NCBI GenBank assembly: GCA_963699255.1
Contig: OY969425.1
Span: 1,050,001-1,082,000, forward strand
Direction: 5' to 3'
Source: an uncultured bacterium
GTDB taxonomy: Bacteria; Margulisbacteria; WOR-1; CAVSGV01
DNA: 32,000 nucleotides
The notes below the pieces were generated by a model. It searched no databases, was not told the DNA's origin, and saw only the letters and a program-made list of their open reading frames with translations. The first letter of the stretch is position 1. Every line of letters starts with the position of its first letter. Position numbers and translations under genes: made by a program. Positions 1 to 7,005 of this stretch are shown piece by piece.

Positions 1-77
1 CCGACAGATACGCCACGAACAAGTTCACCGAGATCTTTGTGCCGAACGAATGGCACGTGAACATGGGAGCAAGATGA
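1..77 (+). CDS. 3' end of an unidentified upstream gene (partial, runs off left edge)
   Basis: Frame 3 is open from the window edge and stops at TGA 75-77, overlapping the ATG at 74 as ATGA (a translational-coupling junction). The visible tail is ...DRYATNKFTEIFVPNEWHVNMGAR. Only ~25 codons are visible and the other forward frames are also open here, so support is weak. Confidence 0.3.
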   Translation, partial: DRYATNKFTEIFVPNEWHVNMGAR

Positions 78-1855
78 TATTAAGCTCAACTATCGATGAG
101 ATAAGGAACAAAGCAGATATACTCCAGATCGTTGGAGAATATGTCCCTCTTAAGAAAAGAGGCAAGAATTACATCGGGCTCTGCCCTTTCCATTCGGAAA
201 AAACCCCGTCCTTTACCGTAAGCCCGGACAAACAGATATTCCACTGCTTCGGCTGCAACGAGGGGGGTAACATCTTTTCCTTCCTAATGAAAATAGAGAA
301 TATCAGCTTTGCCGAATCCGTGGAACTTTTAGGCGAACGAGTGGGTATAACGGTACAGAAAACAGGCGCGTCTCCCGCGCTGCAAAGCGAAAAAGAAAAA
401 TACCTCGAAATAATGGAACTTGCGAAAAAGTTCTACAGGGAAGCCCTGGAAGGCCCTGAAGGTGAGCCCGCCAGGGAATATCTGAAAAAAAGAGGCCTCA
501 CTGATGATTCCGTGAAGGCATTTGAACTTGGTTTTTCCCCGAATAAGTGGGATTCACTCCTGAATTTTCTTTTTAAGAGGGGCGTTGACCGCAAAGACAT
601 GGAAAAGCTGGGGCTGATAATCGAGAGAGGGGACAAAAGCGGACACTACGACAGATTCAGAGGAAGATTGATGTTCCCGATATGCAATTTAAGAGGGCGC
701 GTCACGGGTTTCGGGGGCAGGATAATACCCACGGGCACGTCGACCAGCGAAGAAGCAAAATACATAAATTCGCCGGACTCCCCTGTTTACAACAAGGGAT
801 ATTCGCTTTACGGGTTAAGCGTGACAAAGGACGAGATAAAGAAAACAAGAACGGCAGTCCTGGTGGAAGGCAACGTTGATCTGGTCTCCTGCTGGCAGTT
901 CGGGATCAAGAACGTGGTTTGTCCTTTAGGCACGGCACTTACGCAGAACCAGGCGAAAATAATACACAGGTTCGCGGATAATGTGATCCTCGCTTTTGAC
1001 AGGGACAGCGCCGGAAACGCCGCAACGGCAAGAAGCGTTGAAATATTGAAAGACGAGGGATTCAGCGTGAAAGTTTCCGGCTTCGAAGGCGGGAAAGACC
1101 CTGATGAAGCGCTTAAAGCCAAAGGGGCGGAGAGTTTCATCAGGTCCCTTAACGACTCAGCCCCATGGATGGAATACATGATCCTGAATACGCTTTCAAA
1201 ATATAACCTGAATGAAATTGAGAACCGGGCAAAGGCAGCCAGGGAGGTTGCCCTGATAATCGCTCAGGAGAAAGAAGAGCTGGTCCAGAAGGGATACATA
1301 AATCTTGCGGCGAGCAAGTTGGGTTTCAGCGCTGATGAAATATCATCCGAAGTCAAGAGGCGCGGGTTCTACGTGAAAAAAGGCGGATCAACATCTTTGA
1401 ACACAAGCGTTGAGAAACCTTCTTCAAAGGCCGAAAAAGCCGAAGAGTGCCTGATAAAACTCTCAGTGAACAACAAAGAAATAATGGATATGTTTAAACG
1501 ATCCATAAGCTGGCAGGAATTTACCGGCAAGAACACCAGGATAATCGCCGAGCTTCTTCAAGTCACGGACTTTGACCAGAAAGATATAACGCATTTCTTG
1601 CTGGAGACCCTGCCGGACGAAGATTCAAAGAAACTGTTCTCAAAGATAATGGTGGGCGATTACCCGGCGGAGAACCTGGAAAAGGTGGCCGGAGACTGCA
1701 TAAATACGATAAAATCCCTTGCTCTTAAAATGAAAATGGCCGGTCTTCGCGAGAAGATAATGGCAGCGGAAAAAGAAGGCAAACTTGAGAACGTTTCCAT
1801 GCTACATAAGGAATTTAACGGCCTGAACGAGACATACAGGTCCTTATCGGTTTAG
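74..1855 (+). CDS. dnaG: DNA primase DnaG
   Basis: CHC2 zinc-finger motif CPFHSEKTPSFTVSPDKQIFHCFGCNEGG, primase core, and TOPRIM region (VLVEGNVDLVS...AFDRDSAGNAA). ATG 74 (MILSSTIDEIR...) matches the usual DnaG N-terminus and forms an ATGA overlap with the upstream frame. The in-frame ATG 50 from the ORF track is the alternative start. Gene order dnaG-rpoD is conserved. Confidence 0.95.
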   Translation: MILSSTIDEIRNKADILQIVGEYVPLKKRGKNYIGLCPFHSEKTPSFTVSPDKQIFHCFGCNEGGNIFSFLMKIENISFAESVELLGERVGITVQKTGASPALQSEKEKYLEIMELAKKFYREALEGPEGEPAREYLKKRGLTDDSVKAFELGFSPNKWDSLLNFLFKRGVDRKDMEKLGLIIERGDKSGHYDRFRGRLMFPICNLRGRVTGFGGRIIPTGTSTSEEAKYINSPDSPVYNKGYSLYGLSVTKDEIKKTRTAVLVEGNVDLVSCWQFGIKNVVCPLGTALTQNQAKIIHRFADNVILAFDRDSAGNAATARSVEILKDEGFSVKVSGFEGGKDPDEALKAKGAESFIRSLNDSAPWMEYMILNTLSKYNLNEIENRAKAAREVALIIAQEKEELVQKGYINLAASKLGFSADEISSEVKRRGFYVKKGGSTSLNTSVEKPSSKAEKAEECLIKLSVNNKEIMDMFKRSISWQEFTGKNTRIIAELLQVTDFDQKDITHFLLETLPDEDSKKLFSKIMVGDYPAENLEKVAGDCINTIKSLALKMKMAGLREKIMAAEKEGKLENVSMLHKEFNGLNETYRSLSV

Positions 1856-1884
1856 CATGAAGTAATATATATACTTCATGCTTT
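1855..1884 (+). terminator. Hairpin between dnaG and rpoD (possible partial intrinsic terminator or attenuator)
   Basis: Perfect 10-bp stem GCATGAAGTA (1855-1864) / TACTTCATGC (1872-1881) with a 7-nt AT loop, followed by only TTT. It starts at the last base of the dnaG stop codon. Confidence 0.5.
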
Positions 1885-1935
1885 AGTGAAATTTATTGCG
1901 ATTCTTCGCGATAATATGAACGAATGGAGGATTTA

Positions 1936-2991
1936 ATGAAAAAAGAAACGGATTATAAAAGTCTTAAAAATATCGGGGAGAAGAAAGGATATCTTACTCC
2001 GGAGGATATAATGGCCATTTATCCTGAACCTGAGAAGAACATATCCGAAATAGAAGAACTTCTTGTACACGGGATAGAAATATCCGAAGATAAGGAGAAA
2101 AAAACAGTACCAGCACCTGAGGAGGCAGTGGTAGACATCACTGAAACAGAAGTGAGAGGCGCGGGCATAGACGACACCGTTAGGATGTATCTAAGAGAGA
2201 TCGGGAAATACAAACTTCTTCGCCCCAATGAGGAGATAGAATGCGCAAAGAAGGTCAGAGCCGGAAGCATAAAGGATAAACACAGGCTTACCAATTCCAA
2301 TCTGAGGCTCGTTGTTTCCATAGCGAAGAAATATTCCGGGAGAGGGATGCTGTTCCTGGACCTTATCCAGGAAGGAAATCTCGGGCTGATCAGGGCCGTT
2401 GAAAAGTTCGACCACAGAAAAGGCTATAAATTCAGCACGTACGCGACGTGGTGGGTACGCCAGGCCATAACAAGATCCATCGCCGACCAGGCGCGCACGA
2501 TACGAATACCCGTACATATGGTCGAAACAATGAACAGGCTCAGAAAAGTGTCCAGAACGCTCCTGCAGCAGCTCGGGCGCCGACCGACCGAAGAAGAAAT
2601 AGCGAAAAGATCCAGGATGTCCGTGGATAAAGTGAGAGAAATAGTAAAGATCTCCCAGCTTCCTCTTTCGCTTGAAATGCCTGTCGGTGATGAGGATTCA
2701 TCACGCCTGGGCGATTTCGTAAAAGACACCGCGATACAGGCGCCGGATGAAGTAGTGCTTCATGGGCTTCTCAGGGAGGACCTGGAAGAGGTTATGTCAT
2801 CTCTTTCGGACAGGGAAAGGACCGTCCTGAAACTGCGATTCGGTCTTGATGACGGTCAGCCAAGGACCCTTGAGGAAGTCGGAAAAGTTTTCAATGTCAC
2901 CCGTGAGAGGATCCGTCAGATTGAAGCTAAAGCATTAAGGAAACTGAGGCACCCTACGCGAAGCAAAAAGTTAAAGGAATATCTTAGATAA
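1936..2991 (+). CDS. rpoD: Primary RNA polymerase sigma factor (sigma-70 family, RpoD/SigA)
   Basis: Sigma-70 regions 1.2-4.2 are present: [101 protein letters not shown] 1936 has GGAGGA (1926-1931) 4 nt upstream. The in-frame ATG 1924 is the alternative start. Confidence 0.95.
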   Translation: MKKETDYKSLKNIGEKKGYLTPEDIMAIYPEPEKNISEIEELLVHGIEISEDKEKKTVPAPEEAVVDITETEVRGAGIDDTVRMYLREIGKYKLLRPNEEIECAKKVRAGSIKDKHRLTNSNLRLVVSIAKKYSGRGMLFLDLIQEGNLGLIRAVEKFDHRKGYKFSTYATWWVRQAITRSIADQARTIRIPVHMVETMNRLRKVSRTLLQQLGRRPTEEEIAKRSRMSVDKVREIVKISQLPLSLEMPVGDEDSSRLGDFVKDTAIQAPDEVVLHGLLREDLEEVMSSLSDRERTVLKLRFGLDDGQPRTLEEVGKVFNVTRERIRQIEAKALRKLRHPTRSKKLKEYLR

Positions 2992-2999
2992 ACACTGAG

Positions 3000-3123
3000 T
3001 AGGGTTAAGGTGTAGGTTTGGAAGCGAGTTTGGCATGGGATTGGTGTATGGAAGTTGGTGCAATACCATCTTACACACCCTTACCTATTCCAAACCCGCA
3101 TCCACACCAAAGCCTAAACCCTA
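3000..3123. terminator. ~124-nt imperfect palindrome between convergent rpoD and the methyltransferase (possible bidirectional terminator)
   Basis: Outer arms TAGGGTT (3000-3006) / AACCCTA (3117-3123). Central hairpin TGGT-gcaat-ACCA (3056-3068), with GGTGT (3043-3047) / ACACC (3075-3079). The left arm is G/T-rich and the right arm C/A-rich, symmetric about ~3062. The right arm overlaps the methyltransferase stop codon. Confidence 0.35.
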
Positions 3124-3963
3124 TTTTCTCTTTATCAGCATCACCTGGTATGTGAGATACTTCCTGAAAACATCCCTCTGGAGTGGCACAAGATTATTGA
3201 CGATTATCTGCTTTAACGTTTTCCCCTTGACCCTGAATTTGAAGAATAGGTTCAGCATCCAGTAAACTGGCGGAAGATGGACCTGCAAAGTGGTAAGGAT
3301 ACAGCTTAAGACCGGCCTTATGTAATTCAAATACACATCGGTGCCGTAGTCAAGGGTGGGAAGGATGTTATCTGTGATATCCTGTTTTTTCACGACCTTG
3401 AATCCCGCTTTTTCAACTGCTTTGAGATAGTCCGTGAGACCGGCGGAAGGGAGATTTGGTACGTTCTTCGCGCTTACCTTCTTGAAATAATCGGACACGA
3501 GAAGGTATCCTGTAGGCCGCAGCAGCTGTGATATCTTTTTTAACGCTTCCCCGAAAGGTATGTATTGGACCGACTCGCTCATGATTATCAGGTCGAACTT
3601 CTGGCCGGTGTCGTATTTTTCCAGCGTGGTCAGCTTAAAACCGGCTTTGCCTTTTGTGTTCTTCCTGAAAAGCTGCCCCTGGTAAGGATCGGGACATATA
3701 CCCGTTACCTGATATCCAAGGTTTAATAACTTTGCCGCATTGCCGCCCACCCCGCAGCCGACATCGAGGACCGTGCTTACTCCCTTTGGAATGGACGCGA
3801 TCAGATTATTAAGGTATCTTTCCTGAGCGGCCTGGAAATTCTCAAGGGTGAGCTTGTCCCCTTTCTTCCAGAGACCGAAGTGAAGGTAATTTGTCTTTGC
3901 CAGGTCGAGGTAAAGCTTAAGAACCGGCTGAACCCGAACTTTAGTTTTTTCGATTTCTTCCAT
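3121..3963 (-). CDS. Class I SAM-dependent methyltransferase (substrate unknown)
   Basis: Motif I VLDVGCGVGGNA; the N-terminal YLHFGLW element resembles small-molecule/lipid methyltransferases; post-I acidic residue and the LIIMSESVQYI motif. 280-aa ORF with no competing ORF. Confidence 0.85.
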   Translation of the reverse strand: MEEIEKTKVRVQPVLKLYLDLAKTNYLHFGLWKKGDKLTLENFQAAQERYLNNLIASIPKGVSTVLDVGCGVGGNAAKLLNLGYQVTGICPDPYQGQLFRKNTKGKAGFKLTTLEKYDTGQKFDLIIMSESVQYIPFGEALKKISQLLRPTGYLLVSDYFKKVSAKNVPNLPSAGLTDYLKAVEKAGFKVVKKQDITDNILPTLDYGTDVYLNYIRPVLSCILTTLQVHLPPVYWMLNLFFKFRVKGKTLKQIIVNNLVPLQRDVFRKYLTYQVMLIKRK

Positions 3964-4017
3964 AAAAAAATAGCCCTACTCTGTTCGATTCCAGTTAAGA
4001 TATCTCTACCTTAATTT

Positions 4018-4064
4018 GTCATTTGGCATTGGTCATTTGACATTACCCCGACCAAAGGTCGGGG
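4018..4064. repeat. Tandem 13-nt repeat followed by a perfect 8-bp hairpin
   Basis: GTCATTTGGCATT (4018-4030) and GTCATTTGACATT (4032-4044), then CCCCGACC-aaa-GGTCGGGG (4046-4064). No T-run follows on either strand, so it is not a canonical terminator. Confidence 0.6.
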
Positions 4065-4166
4065 TTAATAGCGCAACCTTCTTCAGGTCGAACTGTTAGC
4101 ATTATTCTACCTAATACAATTCACGGGTGCAAGAAGCTGAATTTGCGGCGTTCAGAATGATCTCCC

Positions 4167-4201
4167 GATACTGTGACTTAGCCGGGGAACTTCACAGTAT
4201 C
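4167..4201. repeat. Perfect 10-bp inverted repeat carrying the TCACAGTATC motif
   Basis: GATACTGTGA (4167-4176), a 15-nt spacer, then TCACAGTATC (4192-4201). The same core recurs three times at 5441-5492. Confidence 0.8.
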
Positions 4202-4498
4202 CCTCTATATACGATACGCGTACACAGGCACATACGCACGAGCGCAGGCGCGCGGCCAGACCGGCCAAATTGGGATTTTATTTGTTACTTCGGTACACAA
4301 GGATATTCATTTTAACAGTTGATACATAGATGTTGTTCATTAGCAGTAGAGAAAGACAAAGGATCAATGATGTTAGATATGAATACGAACAAAAGACAGA
4401 AGAACCTGACCCAAAGAGTTTTAGACACGCTGGGAGTTTGAAACTATTGCTGCAAAACCTACTCCTTCAAGACCTCGACTGAGCTTGGTCGGAGTCCT

Positions 4499-4548
4499 CG
4501 GCTTACGGCTTCGCTTTCTCCAGAGGCGAACAGGCGGGACAAGTAAAC
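4499..4548. repeat. Paralogous segment S0 of the non-coding region
   Basis: CGGCTTACGGCTTCG...AGAGGCGAACAGGCGGGACAAGT shares the TTAC-G-TCG, AGAGG-G-ACAGGCG and ACAAGT blocks with S1 and S2. It is the most diverged copy. Confidence 0.5.
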
Positions 4549-4620
4549 TCATCGCCCCGATGCTCCGGTTGATGCAAGCTACCCCCTGTGGTGTGGTAAG
4601 CAAGTTCATTATCCCGATAC

Positions 4621-4695
4621 TTCCGCCAGCCATACAGCTCGTAGAGAGGCGGACAGGCCGATCTCGTCAAAGGTGGGTAGGCAGAACAAGCTACC
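4621..4695. repeat. Paralogous segment S1 of the non-coding region
   Basis: TTCCGCCAGCCATACAGCTCGTAGAGAGGCGGACAGGC... is identical to S2 at 34 of the first 38 positions. It ends ...GGCAGAACAAGCTACC. Confidence 0.75.
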
Positions 4696-4892
4696 GCCTG
4701 CGGCGGGGCAGGCTGGCAGGGAGCTACCGGCTTTGAAAAAGAACAGTGAGCATTTCCCACTACTGAAAACGGGGCAAGGCGATTATCCATGCTATTTCAC
4801 GTTGGCTGAAATGTAACATTTGTTTTGCTTCATTCTCAGACTCAGATTGAGACAGTTACACAATTAACAATGACATCCGCTTTTGCCGAGGC

Positions 4893-4973
4893 TTCCGCCA
4901 GCCTTACAGTTCGTAAAGAGGGGGACAGGCGATGACTCCCGACGTAAAGCCTGCCTGTCGGCAGACAAGTCGG
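4893..4973. repeat. Paralogous segment S2 of the non-coding region
   Basis: TTCCGCCAGCCTTACAGTTCGTAAAGAGGGGGACAGGC... is identical to S1 at 34 of the first 38 positions. It ends ...GGCAGACAAGTCGG. Confidence 0.75.
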
Positions 4974-5430
4974 AATCCCGCACATATTTTACATTTCAAC
5001 AGTAAGGCAGCGGAACAATGAATGGTTATCAGGCCAAAGACAAGCAGGCAAAAAAAGCAGCTTCAGCTGATCGCTTTCTATCAAGACCCGCCTACACCAA
5101 GACTTATACCATCATACCAGCCAGAGGCAATCCCTACAAAGGCAGGCAAGCAGGGAGCAGGTTTCATCGTGTGTTTTCGCTTGGACCATTTGACCTAGTT
5201 TCCCCATGCTTTGCTAAAGATGTCCTTGGTTGTCAGCAATTCATCGCTAACTACAAGAACTGTTGACTTTGTCTTCATTTCAAGCCAGCTGTATCTGCCT
5301 GCGTCGTCTTTTTTGTGTTCGTGCTTGGAGAGGCGCGGAAATGATTTGTTTTGAATGGGATAAGGCTGGGGCCCCACCTGTCCAGACACAAAAAACGAGT
5401 GAAAACTGATGAAATCCCAAGGACAAAAAC

Positions 5431-5494
5431 AAGCGGTTACTTCACAGTATCTAGGGGGGTATTTCACAGTATCAAGCGGTTAGTTCACAGTAAA
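5431..5494 (+). promoter_or_regulatory. Three tandem 21-22-bp operator-like repeats with TTCACAGTA cores
   Basis: AAGCGGTTACTTCACAGTATC (5431-5451), TAGGGGGGTATTTCACAGTATC (5452-5473), AAGCGGTTAGTTCACAGTAAA (5474-5494). Cores lie at 5441, 5463 and 5484, spaced 22 and 21 bp (two helical turns). The array directly abuts the -35 hexamer. Confidence 0.7.
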
Positions 5495-5523
5495 TTGACT
5501 TTTTCACTATTACGGGGCATAAT
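5495..5523 (+). promoter_or_regulatory. Sigma-70-type promoter of the four-gene operon
   Basis: TTGACT (5495-5500), 17-nt spacer, CATAAT (5518-5523). The A of ATG 5530 lies 7 nt after the -10 hexamer, which predicts a leaderless transcript. Confidence 0.6.
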
Positions 5524-5529
5524 TTGATC

Positions 5530-6999
5530 ATGGTACAGGAGCTTGAATATTTAACCTTAAATGAAATAAAAGCTTTTCTTAATGCCATCAACGACACCCG
5601 TGACCGGGCACTAATAATCCTATTCCTTAATACGGGCCTTTTCTTAACCGAGGTAACTTCCCTGAAAGTTGATTCGATCGACTGGAAGAAAAAGATACTT
5701 TCCGTCCCCGGCAACCGGAAAAGGACCATCCCGCTGAACGACCAGGTTTTTGAGGCGTTAGCCAAGTGGTCGAAGGAGCGTCCGGCAGGTAAAATTCCTG
5801 ATCTTTTTGTAACTACAAAAGGCGCGCTGAAAGACCTCACAAGTCGCGGCGTAGATTATCTGATAAGAAAGTACGCAGAACAAGCCGGCATAAAGAAGCG
5901 GGTCAATCCGCAAATACTTCGCAACACATTCGCTGTCCGGCTATTCTCGGAAGAACCCTCCATCGAAAAAGCTTCCGCCATTTTGGGCATATCCGACCCG
6001 GAATCGATAAATCGTTATATACAGGCCTCTAAAAGACCGCCGGCCAAGGTGGAGATAACCGAGAAGCTTGAGCATATCGACACCCGCCACCCCGTCGTTA
6101 AAGCTGTTTCAAAGTTATTCCCTACTAAGCCGAAGATCGTAAAGCCCACGACCGCAATAAAAGGCCCCATAACTCCCAGTCCCGAAGAAGTGATCTTCGG
6201 AAGGGATAATGTGATCGCCGACATAAAAGCTGATATCGCCAAAAGTCAGCCAGTTCTGTTGACTGGCCCGCTTGGAATAGGCAAAACTCATTTATTGATA
6301 CATATGTCAAAGGTCCTCGGTCCCAATACATTATATATATCTGCGCCCAATCCGCTTAAAACCGCTCTGATGCAAATACTCGTAAAACTTGATCCTGAAT
6401 GGCAGAAAAAGCTCAACACCAGAGCTTCAACGAAAGAGATAACCGACTATATTGTGAAAATTAAAGGCGCGAAGCCACCAGTTTTGTTGATCGATAATTT
6501 GAACAATATAAAAATCTCCGATATCGACCCTATTTTGACCTTGCTGAATAACTTTCCCATACTCGCCGCCGCCGATGAAGTAAAACCGAAGCTGAAGCAG
6601 GTCTGGTGGCAGCTTAAACAGGTCCCTCTCCCGCCGTTAAATGAAGATGCCTCGAAAGAACTTATCAAATATCTTACACAGAACCTTACTATTAGCGATT
6701 ATGAAATGCTTGAAACAAGGGTACTGACCCTATCAAACGGCCTTCCTCTTGCCATTGTCGATATGATCCATCAGATAAGCCATATCCCGATGGTTTCAAA
6801 AGATGTTATCCGTGATGTTTATCATGAAGCCGGAATACACTATCGCGACTGGACGACGGTTATAATCTTCATTTACTGGATAGCTGTCATTTTTAGATTT
6901 GTTGCGCTTGGAACAAAAAGCTATGAAGCCTATTTCCTTGCCGGTTTCGGCGTGACGTTATTGATGATTTTAAGAAATGTCATGTCGATGTTGAAGTGA
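5530..6999 (+). CDS. Tyrosine-recombinase-fold domain (degenerate active site) fused to a P-loop NTPase with a C-terminal membrane anchor
   Basis: The N-terminal ~175 aa resembles the XerC/D catalytic domain (RDRALIILFLNTGLFLTEV, ILRNTFAVRLF, LGISDPESINRYI), but with the first Arg as Phe and both His residues replaced. It also has FGRD...LLTGPLGIGKTHLL (Walker A), VLLIDNLN (Walker B-like) and two C-terminal hydrophobic helices. The track start at 5524 is a TTG that directly abuts the -10 hexamer, so ATG 5530 is preferred. Confidence 0.8.
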   Translation: MVQELEYLTLNEIKAFLNAINDTRDRALIILFLNTGLFLTEVTSLKVDSIDWKKKILSVPGNRKRTIPLNDQVFEALAKWSKERPAGKIPDLFVTTKGALKDLTSRGVDYLIRKYAEQAGIKKRVNPQILRNTFAVRLFSEEPSIEKASAILGISDPESINRYIQASKRPPAKVEITEKLEHIDTRHPVVKAVSKLFPTKPKIVKPTTAIKGPITPSPEEVIFGRDNVIADIKADIAKSQPVLLTGPLGIGKTHLLIHMSKVLGPNTLYISAPNPLKTALMQILVKLDPEWQKKLNTRASTKEITDYIVKIKGAKPPVLLIDNLNNIKISDIDPILTLLNNFPILAAADEVKPKLKQVWWQLKQVPLPPLNEDASKELIKYLTQNLTISDYEMLETRVLTLSNGLPLAIVDMIHQISHIPMVSKDVIRDVYHEAGIHYRDWTTVIIFIYWIAVIFRFVALGTKSYEAYFLAGFGVTLLMILRNVMSMLK

Positions 7000-7005
7000 A
7001 TATTT

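Larger units (their letters stand above)
4430..4985. ncRNA. Candidate structured non-coding RNA region (unclassified, strand unknown)
   Basis: This is the most GC-rich part of the window by eye, yet it lacks any protein-like ORF. The ORFs called here overlap on both strands and translate to R/P/G/C-rich low-complexity strings. It has many short GC helices (e.g. CCGC-ctgc-GGCGG, CTGCC-tgtc-GGCAG, CTACCC 4579-4584 / GGGTAG 4674-4679), three paralogous segments and three AGCTACC motifs (4577, 4689, 4722). Confidence 0.35.

Noticed and set aside
433-2729. Short ORFs (60-123 aa) on both strands inside dnaG and rpoD
   Set aside because: They are fully nested in or antisense to strongly supported genes. 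Their translations are low-complexity (S/L/R/P-rich) with no motifs.
3973-3986. T-loop-like GTTCGATTCC sequence
   Set aside because: The flanking bases do not form a T-stem, and no acceptor or anticodon arms can be drawn. It is a chance match.
4421-4790. Three mutually overlapping ORFs (70, 83 and 95 aa) on both strands
   Set aside because: They overlap one another in a GC-rich segment and translate to R/P/G/C-rich strings. None has a ribosome-binding site. This is better explained as non-coding structured sequence.
4499-4973. CRISPR array or integron attC cassette array formed by the S0/S1/S2 repeats
   Set aside because: The repeats are irregularly spaced (about 120 and 270 nt), of unequal length and diverged. 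No GTTRRRY/RYYYAAC core sites and no cas or intI gene with an intact active site are present.
4421-4990. RNase P RNA, tmRNA, SRP RNA or tRNA identity for the GC-rich region
   Set aside because: I looked on both strands for GAGGAAAGUCC and ACAGAAxCCGGCUUA (RNase P), a GGUUCGAxUCC T-arm with an ACCA tail (tmRNA/tRNA), and the GGAAGCAGCC SRP domain IV core. Only short partial resemblances were present (CGGCTTAC, GGGTAGGC, GCTGGCAGGG). That is insufficient to call any of them.
5018-5840. ORFs 5018-5266 (+), 5195-5467 (-) and 5472-5840 (-)
   Set aside because: None has a recognisable motif or a ribosome-binding site. The last is antisense to the promoter and 5' end of the recombinase-like gene. 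The first two overlap each other in the non-coding region.
5530-6999. Active integrase marking a mobile-element boundary
   Set aside because: The first catalytic Arg and both His residues of the tyrosine-recombinase hexad are substituted. The protein is also fused to an NTPase and TM helices, and no att-like direct repeats or flanking tRNA were found.
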